Position numbers and translations under genes: made by a program
Shown: piece after piece, positions 23,404 to 32,000 of the stretch
How positions within the stretch are numbered: the first letter of the stretch is position 1
How the letters are laid out: each line of letters opens with the position of its first letter
Notes under the pieces: generated by a model
What the model saw: only the letters and a program-made list of their open reading frames with translations
The model's database searches: none
What the model was told of the DNA's origin: nothing
Assembly: GCA_035629395.1 (NCBI GenBank)
Contig: DASPHZ010000056.1
Location: 38,905 to 70,904, forward strand
Direction: 5' to 3'
DNA from: Thermoanaerobaculia bacterium
Lineage (GTDB): Bacteria; Acidobacteriota; Thermoanaerobaculia; Gp7-AA8
DNA length: 32,000 nucleotides

Positions 23404-24876
23404 ATGCGCAAAGCGAGCCTTCTGCTCACCATCGTCCTGCTCGCGGCCTGCAGTACGAACCCCGCAACAGGAAAACGTGAATTCAACATCGTCTCCGAGT
23501 CGCAGGAAATCTCGATCGGACAATCCTCCCACCAGCAGATCATCCAACAGTTCGGCGTCTATGACGAAAAGCCGGAGCTCACCCGGATGGTCGAGCGCGT
23601 CGGCCGCAGTATCGCCGCCGCCTCCGAGCGTCCCAATCTCCCCTGGACGTTCACCGTGCTCGACTCCCCCATTGTGAACGCGATGGCCTTGCCGGGCGGC
23701 TACATCTACATCACGCGCGGCATGCTCGAGCGCATCAATTCCGAGGATGAGCTGGCGGGTGTGCTGGGGCACGAGGTCGCGCATGTGACCGCGCGCCATT
23801 CGGCACAACAGATCTCCCGCTCCCAACTGGCCCAGCTTGGCATGGTCCTCGGCGCCGTCATCGCCGGACCGGAGGCATTACAGCAGTACGGCCAGCTCGC
23901 GGAGCTGGGCATCGGCCTCCTCTTCCAGCGCTATTCACGAGCGCACGAAACGCAGGCCGATCTCCTCGGCACCGGCTACATGGCCGCAGCGCGCTACAAC
24001 CCCGTGGGCTCGGAGCGCATGCTCATGACGCTGCAGCGGCTCGACAAATCGCCGTCGGGAGGATTGGACCGCTACTTCATGTCGCATCCCGATCCGGCGA
24101 AACGCGTGCGCGACGTCCGACAGAAAATCACGGAAATGGGCGGCATGATGTCCGCCGCCGGCACGCCTCCCCCGCAGCCCGATCGCCAGGCGTATGTGCG
24201 CCTGCTCGAAGGCGCGGTGACCGGCAACAGCACCGAGCACATGGTCATCCGCAACGGCACGATCTATGACCGCGGCCATGGCCTGGTCATCAATGCGCCG
24301 CGCGGCTGGCAGGCGTCCGCGGAGCCGGGGACGCTGTTCGCAATGCGCCCCTCCGGCACGAACGCGCAGAGCTATTTCGTGGCGCAGGAAGTCGACGCGC
24401 GCGAATTGCAGGGCCGCGACGTCCAGAACGCCGTGCGCATCCGCCTCGAACAGATGGGCCTCAAATACGTCGGCTCGCGCGAAGCACGCATGGGCAGCGG
24501 CGAGCGTTTCGCCGTCGACGTCTGGCAGGGACAGACGCAGGGCGGCGTCGTTGGCGTCGAGACGACGCAGTTCGCACACGGCGATCACGCGGCGGTCTTC
24601 ATGTTCGTCTCCCCGTCCATCAGCCGCACCGGCAGCCCGCTCGGCGAAGTGCTGTCGCAGATGCGCGTGGATCGCGCGGCGGTGAGCCGCGTCGATCCGC
24701 CACGCATGCGCATCGGCACTGTGCGCAGCGGCGAGTCGTGGTCCGAGCTCGCGCGCCGCGCCACGGGTAATGCCGGCGATGCCGAAGTCGTCGCGAACAT
24801 CAACGGCTTCGACCTGCAGACCGCGCCACCGGCGGGAATGACGGTGAAACTGCCGGAGGAAGTCGTTCGCGATTAG
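23404..24876 (+). CDS. M48-family zinc metallopeptidase lipoprotein with C-terminal LysM domain
   Basis: Start ATG 23404 (AAGGAGcactc upstream) within track ORF 23233..24876. Lipobox LLAAC; HEXXH in VLGHEVAHV. The final about 50 aa are LysM-like (IGTVRSGESWSELARRATGNAGDAEVVANINGFDLQTAPPAGMTVKLP). Confidence 0.88.
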   Translation: MRKASLLLTIVLLAACSTNPATGKREFNIVSESQEISIGQSSHQQIIQQFGVYDEKPELTRMVERVGRSIAAASERPNLPWTFTVLDSPIVNAMALPGGYIYITRGMLERINSEDELAGVLGHEVAHVTARHSAQQISRSQLAQLGMVLGAVIAGPEALQQYGQLAELGIGLLFQRYSRAHETQADLLGTGYMAAARYNPVGSERMLMTLQRLDKSPSGGLDRYFMSHPDPAKRVRDVRQKITEMGGMMSAAGTPPPQPDRQAYVRLLEGAVTGNSTEHMVIRNGTIYDRGHGLVINAPRGWQASAEPGTLFAMRPSGTNAQSYFVAQEVDARELQGRDVQNAVRIRLEQMGLKYVGSREARMGSGERFAVDVWQGQTQGGVVGVETTQFAHGDHAAVFMFVSPSISRTGSPLGEVLSQMRVDRAAVSRVDPPRMRIGTVRSGESWSELARRATGNAGDAEVVANINGFDLQTAPPAGMTVKLPEEVVRD

Positions 24877-25954
24877 TGGCGATGACCGCATAACGCGATT
24901 TGAGCCGCAGGAACGGCCGTTCGAACCAGAGGTACGACGCTGACGCTACGAGTAGCGTCAGCGTCAGACTCACCGGATAAAGTGCGTCGACGCCGAACGT
25001 CCTCAGTACGAGCTGGATCACCACCTCGTGAACCATGTAGATGCTGAAGGAGATGTTGCCGAGGAAATCGAAGGGCGTCGCGGGAAAGCGGAGCAGCGAT
25101 TTCGGATTCGTGGCCACATTGAAGATCAGCACGCCGAAACAGACTGCATACCATCCGTAGCTGAAGATCGGCTTGTGTGCGTCGGTGACGAGCAGATAGA
25201 CCGTCAACGCGTAGACGAGCACCTGCGTGATGCGGCTGTGCAGGACGCCGAGAAACTTCTTCTCGAACGCGGCCCAGGCAAACAACCCGCCGATGGCCAT
25301 GCACTCCATGCGCGTGAAGTAGAAGTAATTGATCGCGTAATTCCAGAGTTGCAGCGCCTCGCCGTTCGCACGGTTGGCCTGCGCCATCCACAATGCGCCG
25401 TACCGCGCCGCCAGCGTCACCACGATCACGACGACCGCGAGTTTCACGAAACTGCGGAAGCGGCGCATGAGCAGCGGCCACAGTAGATAGAACTGCTCCT
25501 CCACTCCGATCGACCACGCCGGCTCGGCAAACGGCACCGGCTCGAAGATACTCAGGGCGAGCTGCGGCAGGAAGAAGAGGAACAGCGGCAACGTCCACTC
25601 GAGGTTCATGTCCGCATGTCCCGGCAGACGCAGTATGCCGATGTGCGGAAAAACGAAGAACGACAGTCCGATCAACAGGAAATACAGCGGCCAGATGCGC
25701 AGCATGCGGCGGATGTAAAACTGCCTGACCGCAATCGTCTTCGTCTCCCGCTTCTCCTCCAGCAGCAGATATGTGATCAGAAAGCCGCTGAGGACGAAGA
25801 ACAGCGTCACCGCCAGGCGTCCGAGCTCATAGACGACGGGGCGGTCGGCGATGTTTGGCAGTCCGTTGTACTGCTTCAGCAATTCGACGTGACTGACTGC
25901 CACGGCCACCGCGGCGAAGAAGCGCAGCCCATTGAGACCGGGAAACCATTTCAT
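24800..25954 (-). CDS. Acyltransferase family 3 (OafA/YrhL-like) integral membrane protein
   Basis: Start ATG 25954 (MKWFPGLNGLRFFAAVAVAVSHV...) overlaps the upstream stop as ATGA; ATG 25966 is an alternative. About 10 TM helices and the usual acyltransferase_3 N-terminal pattern (GLRxxAAxxVxxxH). The last 77 nt overlap the convergent M48 gene. Confidence 0.85.
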   Translation of the reverse strand: MKWFPGLNGLRFFAAVAVAVSHVELLKQYNGLPNIADRPVVYELGRLAVTLFFVLSGFLITYLLLEEKRETKTIAVRQFYIRRMLRIWPLYFLLIGLSFFVFPHIGILRLPGHADMNLEWTLPLFLFFLPQLALSIFEPVPFAEPAWSIGVEEQFYLLWPLLMRRFRSFVKLAVVVIVVTLAARYGALWMAQANRANGEALQLWNYAINYFYFTRMECMAIGGLFAWAAFEKKFLGVLHSRITQVLVYALTVYLLVTDAHKPIFSYGWYAVCFGVLIFNVATNPKSLLRFPATPFDFLGNISFSIYMVHEVVIQLVLRTFGVDALYPVSLTLTLLVASASYLWFERPFLRLKSRYAVIATNRERLPPAVSPSFPPVARSAGRSR

Positions 25955-26877
25955 GCGCGCACCCATGCTTTCAATTCCGAGCCGATTCCGGCGAAGGTCT
26001 TGTGATTGAGTGGAAATTCGAGGAGCACGTGCAGGAGACTGAGCACGTACAGGACGCTCAGGCCGGTGTTGTAGTCGTGGATGTAAATCGCCACCGCCGC
26101 GACCCACAAAGCGAGGATGGTCGCGAAGCGCATGCGCGGCACGTCGTGCCAGCGGATGATCGACGTCTTCGAGAACCAGTTCAGATAGTGATACATGTAC
26201 GCGAAGGCGATGAGGCGCATCACCGGCAGCGGCTCGAATCCGAGGAGCGTCATCAACTGCTGGTTCAGCGGCTCGAAGAAGGTGTAGATGCCGCGCAGCG
26301 TCTCCGACGCCTCGGCCAGCGGAGCGACGTCGAGCGTCAGTAATGCTGCAATGCAGCCGGCGTAGATGAGCAGCGACGCAATTGCGCTCCTGCTCCGCGA
26401 TTTCAACGCGCCGTACAGCACGAACGCCGCGGTGAACACGAGCACGTGAATCACCGTGACCATCAGATACGCGAGCTGCGCGTACGCGCGGGCGCTGCTG
26501 AAGAGGGCGAGGGCGATGATCCCGCCGAGGACGAGCGCGCCGGCATTCACGGGATGGTGTACCCATAAGAGCAGCGGCGCGGTGAGGAAAACGAGATAGA
26601 CCAGCCCGATCTCCAGGGTCGGCTCCGCGCTCGTGACATAGCCGTACAACAGCACGGCGATGGCGATGCCGACGAGACTGAGCCACCATCGGCGCGCGGC
26701 CGGCCGCGGCGCAAAGTAGTCGCGGTCGTGCAACCAGGAGATCTCGGTCAGGTAATGCAGCGGACCAAGAAAGGCGTAGGCGAAGAGGAACAGGTGGAAC
26801 GGCGCCGCAAACGCCACGACGCACGACACCACCATGAGCGCGGCGTTCAGCCGCTCCACGGACTCTCGATTGTGCAT
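25951..26877 (-). CDS. Polytopic membrane protein of unknown function (about 308 aa, His-rich motifs)
   Basis: Track ORF 25951..26925. ATG 26877 (MHNRESVERLNAALMVV...) preferred over GTG 26925; neither has an SD. 8-9 hydrophobic helices. Conserved-looking polar motifs GPLHYLTEISW, YMYHYLNWF, LLHVLLEFPLN. Confidence 0.7.
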   Translation of the reverse strand: MHNRESVERLNAALMVVSCVVAFAAPFHLFLFAYAFLGPLHYLTEISWLHDRDYFAPRPAARRWWLSLVGIAIAVLLYGYVTSAEPTLEIGLVYLVFLTAPLLLWVHHPVNAGALVLGGIIALALFSSARAYAQLAYLMVTVIHVLVFTAAFVLYGALKSRSRSAIASLLIYAGCIAALLTLDVAPLAEASETLRGIYTFFEPLNQQLMTLLGFEPLPVMRLIAFAYMYHYLNWFSKTSIIRWHDVPRMRFATILALWVAAVAIYIHDYNTGLSVLYVLSLLHVLLEFPLNHKTFAGIGSELKAWVRA

Positions 26878-26986
26878 GCGGGAGTTTACCGGGGTGGCGA
26901 GCGCGACGGCTGGCGTCCGCGCCACTGCTCACTAGCACGGCAGCGGGGACGCTGCCGGATCAGCCGGCGTGGGCGCCGGCGTTCCC

Positions 26987-27400
26987 TCAGTTGCTGCTGC
27001 GGATGTTGCTTCCGTGCAGATGGGCGATCCGCCACCGCCCACCCTCCCGCCGCAGCACGAACGTCCGCCGCGAGGTCACGTTCGGGTTCGCGTTCTGGAA
27101 GGTCACGAGCGCCGTCTCGCCGGACGTCTGCACGCGCAGGTCCTCCGGCGCGGGCAGGCCGCCGCGATAGCCGGGCATGGCAAAGAGCGAAGCGAAAACG
27201 GCGGCGATCTCCCCTCGCCCATTCGCCCGCAGCGGGCGGTCGTTCATCGGAAAGAACACCGTCGCGTCCTCGGTGAAGAGCTCCCCCACCACCGCATCGC
27301 CCGTATCGAGCGCGGCGAGGAACGCATCCACCGTCACGCGCGGCGACTCCGGCACCGACGCACACGCAACCAGCAGCAGCACGAGCGCAAGTCGTTTCAA
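26987..27400 (-). CDS. SnoaL-like / DUF4440 (NTF2-fold) lipoprotein
   Basis: TTG start 27400 (GGAGGacgt upstream) overlaps the upstream stop (TTGA). LKRLALVLLLVACAS lipobox, then TVDAFLAALDTGDAVVGELFTEDATVFFP...RRTFVLRREGGRWRIAHLH, typical of NTF2-like domains. Confidence 0.7.
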   Translation of the reverse strand: MKRLALVLLLVACASVPESPRVTVDAFLAALDTGDAVVGELFTEDATVFFPMNDRPLRANGRGEIAAVFASLFAMPGYRGGLPAPEDLRVQTSGETALVTFQNANPNVTSRRTFVLRREGGRWRIAHLHGSNIRSSN

Positions 27401-28160
27401 ACGTCCTCCACCATGTGCAGGCGCGCCGCGCCCATCGGATCGAGATCGACCCACGCGCGGCGGATCACCGTCAGCACCTCACGCCCCAGCCATCCTTTGG
27501 ATCCGAACCCGAACGGCTGCGGCGCGATGAACTGCTCCCACTCCTCGAACGTCCGCCAGTGGCGCTCATAAAGCGGAGCCGCCTCCGGCCGCGCGAGCAG
27601 CACTTTGTTCCCGCCGATCGCGATCGGCACGAACGCACGAAACTCGCGCAGAAAGGCGTAGAACCCCTCACTGACGCCCGGCCAGTTCGGATTGAACACG
27701 TCGTCGACCGCCACCACACCGTTTCCGAGGAGGGCGCGGTCTGCCGTGTGGAGATCGGCGATTACATCTTCCGCACGATGGCCGCCGTCGATGTGCACGA
27801 ACCTGCACTCCGTCGTGGTCTCTTCGGCAGTGAGCTCCGAGGAGAGCTTCTGGAAGATGCGCACCCGCTCTTCGCCGAGGTGGCGGAGGAAGGCGGCCAG
27901 GTTCCCTTCGCCGGAGCGATCGCGATTCAGCTCCTGCTCGTCGAACACGTCGCACACGCCCACGGCCTCGGAGCCGCGGCGCATGCGCGTCAGGAACAGC
28001 GCGGTCTTGCCGTGATGCACGCCGATCTCGAACAGGTTCCCCGCGATCCCCTCGCGCCGCTGCACCTCGTCGACGATGGCAAACAAAAGGGCGTCGATGG
28101 GAAAGAACCACCCTTCGACGCCCTTCGTGGCTTTCAGATACTCGGAGACCTGCGCGCGAT

Positions 28161-28164
<4 letters not shown>
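27397..28164 (-). CDS. Class I SAM-dependent methyltransferase (Methyltransf_24 / TylF-CmcI-like)
   Basis: Start ATG 28164 (MNRAQVSEYLKATKGVEGWFF...) overlaps the E1-beta stop (ATGA). LFEIGVHHGKTALFL glycine-rich SAM loop region, FVHIDGGH and VAVDDV motifs. The upstream part of track ORF 27397..28497 is an artefact. Confidence 0.75.
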
Positions 28165-29123
<959 letters not shown>

Positions 29124-29139
29124 GGTCGTGATTTTCCTT

Positions 29140-30087
29140 TTACGCGTAGACGTCGGTGGTCAGCTCGTCGAAGCTCGGATACGGCGAGGACTGCGCGAAG
29201 GCGAGCGCGGCTTCGATGGTCTCGTCGACGCGTGCCTTCATCGCCTCGACTTCCTCGGGATCGAGTTGCGCCGTGACGCGCGCGATCGGGTCCTTCTGCT
29301 TCCACGCCTGCAGCTCGTTCTTGTCGACGTAGGCCTGATCGTCCGGCTCCATGTGCCCGCGCACGCGGTAGGTGTACGTCTCGAGGAGGAAAGGCTTGCG
29401 GTACTTGCGCACGTACTCCGCGGCCTCGCGTGCGGCGGCGTGCACGGCCTCGACGTCGTTGCCGTCGACGGTGCGCGACTGCACGCCGTACGGCTTCGCG
29501 AAGCCGCTGATGTGATCCGCGTGCATCGTTTCCTTGCGATGCACGTACGCCTGCCACTGGTTGTTCTCGCAGACGTAAAGGATCGGCAGGTTCCAGATCG
29601 AGGCGAGGTTCAGCGACTCGTGGAAGATGCCTTCGGTGAACGCGCCGTCGCCGAAGAACACCGTCGCGATCGCGTCCGTCTCTTCCATGGAAAGCGCGAG
29701 GCCGACGCCCGTCACGAGCGAGAGCTCGCCGCCGACGATGGTCGAAGTGAGGACGACGCCGAGCTCCGCGACGGAGATGTGCAGCGTGCCGCTTTTCCCT
29801 TTGCAGTAGCCGGTGCTGCGGCCGAGGATCTCGGCGAGGACGCGCTTCGGATCGGCGCCGCGGGCGAGCAGATGTCCCGCGCTGCGATGGTTCGTGAGGA
29901 TGCGGTCCTGCGGACGCAGCGCGCGCACGACGCCGACGGCCGACGCTTCCTGTCCGACGGACGTGCACGTCGACGGCCCCTGCCCCGCCGCCTGCAGCGA
30001 GGCGACTTTCTCCTCGAACGCGCGGATCAGCAGCATGGTCTCGAGCTGCTGCGCGACTTCCGGTTGCACTGCGACTGTGGTGGTCAC
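29140..30087 (-). CDS. TPP-dependent 2-oxoacid/acetoin dehydrogenase E1 component, alpha subunit
   Basis: Track ORF, GTG start 30087 with AAGGAG 10 nt upstream. TPP-binding motif GDGAFTEGIFHESLNLASIWNLPILYVCENNQW. Confidence 0.9.
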   Translation of the reverse strand: MTTTVAVQPEVAQQLETMLLIRAFEEKVASLQAAGQGPSTCTSVGQEASAVGVVRALRPQDRILTNHRSAGHLLARGADPKRVLAEILGRSTGYCKGKSGTLHISVAELGVVLTSTIVGGELSLVTGVGLALSMEETDAIATVFFGDGAFTEGIFHESLNLASIWNLPILYVCENNQWQAYVHRKETMHADHISGFAKPYGVQSRTVDGNDVEAVHAAAREAAEYVRKYRKPFLLETYTYRVRGHMEPDDQAYVDKNELQAWKQKDPIARVTAQLDPEEVEAMKARVDETIEAALAFAQSSPYPSFDELTTDVYA

Positions 30088-30200
30088 TGGTTTCGATCTC
30101 CTTCGACGCTCAATCTAGGCGGCGCACGGAAACCGCGTTGCTAAGAGTTCCCTACGCAGATCCGAAAAGATTGCGGGGTCGCGGCGGCGTTCTTAAACGA

Positions 30201-30210
30201 TTGCTAAGAT
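30201..30210 (+). promoter_or_regulatory. Possible extended -10 element (TGcTAAGAT) 6 nt upstream of the sulfurtransferase ATG (leaderless candidate)
   Basis: TTGCTAAGAT at 30201-30210, ATG at 30217, no SD. The 9-mer TTGCTAAGA also occurs at 30138-30146. Confidence 0.3.
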
Positions 30211-30216
30211 CGCGAC

Positions 30217-31011
30217 ATGCGCTCGCCCCTCGTTTCGTTCGAAGACCTCCCGAAGCTCGACGCCGTGCTCCTCGACGCGCGGCAGAAACAGGACGCGTAC
30301 GACGCCGGCCATCTCGCCGGCGCAATTCACGCGAACCTCGAGACGCAGCTCAGCGCGGCGCGCGATGCGAATGCGGATCCTTCGCGCGGCGGACGCCATC
30401 CGCTGCCGCCGATCGAGCGCTGGGCGAAACAGCTCGGCGCGTGGGGCATCACACCCGATCGCAACGTCGTCGTGTACGACGATCAGGCCGGAGCGAATGC
30501 CGCGGCGCGGCTGTGGTGGATGCTGCGCAGCGCGGGACACGCGAATGCGTTCGTGCTCGACGGCGGCCTCTCTGCGGCTCTGCCGCTGACGACCGATCCT
30601 CCGCGCGTCACACCCGCGGTTCCCTATCCCGTCACTTCGTGGCAGTGGCCGACCGTCGACATGGCGCAGGTCGAATCGTTGCGCAACGATCCCGAATGGC
30701 GCGTGCTCGACGTGCGCAGCCGCGAGCGCTATCGCGGCGAGATCGAGCCGATCGATCCGATCGCGGGACACATCCCCGGCGCGATCAACCTGCCGTTCAC
30801 GGAGAACCTCGAGCACGGCGCGTTCAAATCAGCGGAGGCGCTGCGCGCGCAGTACGCGGAGCTGTTCGGCGACGTGCCGCCCGAGCGCGTGGTCGTGCAC
30901 TGCGGCTCCGGCGTGACCGCGTGTCACACGCTCCTCGCGCTCGAAGCGGCGGGGCTGCACGGCGCGTCGTTGTACGTCGGCAGTTGGGGCGAGTGGTGCA
31001 GGAATCATTGA
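30217..31011 (+). CDS. Tandem-rhodanese sulfurtransferase (thiosulfate / 3-mercaptopyruvate sulfurtransferase, SseA-like)
   Basis: Track ORF, 264 aa. Two rhodanese domains. Active-site loop VVHCGSGVTACH (CGSGVTA type). Confidence 0.88.
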   Translation: MRSPLVSFEDLPKLDAVLLDARQKQDAYDAGHLAGAIHANLETQLSAARDANADPSRGGRHPLPPIERWAKQLGAWGITPDRNVVVYDDQAGANAAARLWWMLRSAGHANAFVLDGGLSAALPLTTDPPRVTPAVPYPVTSWQWPTVDMAQVESLRNDPEWRVLDVRSRERYRGEIEPIDPIAGHIPGAINLPFTENLEHGAFKSAEALRAQYAELFGDVPPERVVVHCGSGVTACHTLLALEAAGLHGASLYVGSWGEWCRNH

Positions 31012-31107
31012 AGCTCGCGCTCTGCGATCTTCACGAGCTTCACGAGATGAGTCTTCGCCGATCCGACGAACGTGCGCGGCTCGTCGACGTAGAAATACTT
31101 CGGATAT

Positions 31108-31671
31108 GTGAGCGGCCTCACCAAACGCCTCCGTTACACTGCTTCCGTGAGCTCTCGTTTCGAAGGAATCCGGCCGCGTGCGAACGTCGACCAGCTCCTG
31201 CGCACCGTCCAGCAGCATCACGTGCAACTGAGCGCGCTCGCCGATACGAAGGCGGGCCTGATCATCACCATCTCGTCGATCGTGCTGACGATCGCGCTGA
31301 GTCGCGCGGGCGATCCGCAACTGCGCGCCGCCTTGCTCACGCTCGCCGTCGCGTGTCTGCTCGCGCTGGTGCTGGCCATCGTCGCAGTGTTGCCGGCGTT
31401 CGCGCCGGATCGAACGTCCCGCGGCGCGGTGGCGCGCAATCTCCTCTTCTTCGGCCATTTCGGCCAGCTCACGGAAGACGAGTTCCTCGACGAGATGGAA
31501 CGCGTCCTCACCTCGGACGCCATGCTCTACGAGAGCGCGCTGCGCGACATCTACAGCCTCGGCACATATCTCTACCGCAAGAAATACCGGCTGCTGCGTT
31601 TCGCGTATGTGGCGCTGCTGGCGGGCTTCGTCCTGGCGACGGTCGTCGAGATCATCGTCGTGACGACGTAG
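31108..31671 (+). CDS. DUF5706 / Pycsar-effector-like (PycTM) small membrane protein
   Basis: Track ORF (GTG start; start uncertain). HHVQLSALADTKAGLIITISSIVLTIAL followed by a second TM helix (LLTLAVACLLALVLAIVAVL) and a C-terminal TM helix (FAYVALLAGFVLATVVEIIVV). The ADxKA motif before TM1 is what I recall for DUF5706/PycTM. No cyclase gene is adjacent within the window. Confidence 0.65.
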   Translation: MSGLTKRLRYTASVSSRFEGIRPRANVDQLLRTVQQHHVQLSALADTKAGLIITISSIVLTIALSRAGDPQLRAALLTLAVACLLALVLAIVAVLPAFAPDRTSRGAVARNLLFFGHFGQLTEDEFLDEMERVLTSDAMLYESALRDIYSLGTYLYRKKYRLLRFAYVALLAGFVLATVVEIIVVTT

Positions 31672-31672
31672 G

Positions 31673-32000
31673 TCACCAGGAGCTGCTCGCTCCCCCGCCG
31701 CCGCTTCGTCCACCGCCGCCGGAGTAACCCGACGAACGCGAAGACGAAGACGAAGAAGAGGACGACGAGCTGCGACTGCTGCTCGTGGCCCACGATCCCG
31801 AGGAGCCGCCGCCGTTGAATCTGCGTCCGCCGCTGTTGAACGTGCGCTGCAGCGCGAGCAGCACGAGCGACGCGGCGAAGAGCACGAACCCGAGGCCGGT
31901 CATTACGATGACGAAGCCGGCCGCTTTCTTGCCGAAGCTCTTCGCGGTCATGCCCATGAGCACCGCGCGTTCGGAGACCGTCTGTCCGTCGCCGGCGTTG
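31673..32000 (-). CDS. C-terminal part of a TPM-domain (YgcG-like) membrane protein; 5' end outside the window
   Basis: The minus frame is open to the window edge (...NAGDGQTVSERAVLMGMTAKSFGKKAAGFVIVMTGLGFVLFAASLVLLALQ...). A TM helix is followed by a Gly/Ser-rich tail ending GGGGRSGGGGASSSW, characteristic of YgcG/TPM proteins as I recall them. Confidence 0.65.
   Translation of the reverse strand, partial: NAGDGQTVSERAVLMGMTAKSFGKKAAGFVIVMTGLGFVLFAASLVLLALQRTFNSGGRRFNGGGSSGSWATSSSRSSSSSSSSSSSRSSGYSGGGGRSGGGGASSSW

Noticed and set aside
26890-26986. Two short GC hairpins (GCCGGCG..CGCCGGC and CGGCAGC..GCTGCCG) after the SnoaL-like gene as terminators
   Set aside because: The stems are only 7 bp in a very GC-rich background and there are no U-tracts. 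They cannot be distinguished from chance palindromes, so they are not listed as features.

Overview
High-GC (by eye about two-thirds G+C) bacterial chromosomal window. It is densely coding, with about 35 protein genes, many joined by ATGA/TTGA stop-start overlaps. I recognised no rRNA, tRNA, CRISPR array, transposase or integrase. Left to right: (1) minus-strand blaI-blaR1(ankyrin)-CBM9/DUF5916 operon (1-3070) with a perfect 16-bp palindrome in its promoter; (2) divergent two-gene operon (3281-8909) encoding a 1141-aa protein (beta-propeller-like N-terminus, amphipathic helical middle, polytopic membrane C-terminus) and a 730-aa protein (P47/OrfX-type TULIP-like N-terminus, three Big_2-like Ig domains); this is my best candidate for an undescribed system; (3) NitT/TauT-type ABC importer operon on the minus strand (9202-12893: permease, ATPase, permease, binding protein), whose binding-protein gene has one in-frame TGA at a Cys-like position; (4) 852-aa secreted protein with an internal about 230-aa duplication; (5) REC-GGDEF cyclase and a sigma/anti-sigma pair; (6) stress-type genes (small hydrophilic protein, DUF5335-like, erythromycin-esterase family, Fur-family regulator with ahpC-ahpD, BON protein); (7) HNH endonuclease and M48-LysM lipoprotein peptidase; (8) minus-strand cluster of an orphan TPP-dependent E1 alpha/beta pair overlap-coupled to a SAM methyltransferase and a SnoaL-like lipoprotein, followed by a polytopic membrane protein and an acyltransferase_3; (9) rhodanese sulfurtransferase, a DUF5706/Pycsar-effector-like membrane protein and the C-terminus of a TPM/YgcG-like protein. 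Beyond the genes there is a family of long imperfect hairpins built from 7- or 8-nt tandem units (10291-10486, 11203-11293, 12829-12902, 20503-20947). Two paralogous copies sit at permease 5' ends and show compensatory arm substitutions. All family names come from my reading of the translations; no database search was run.
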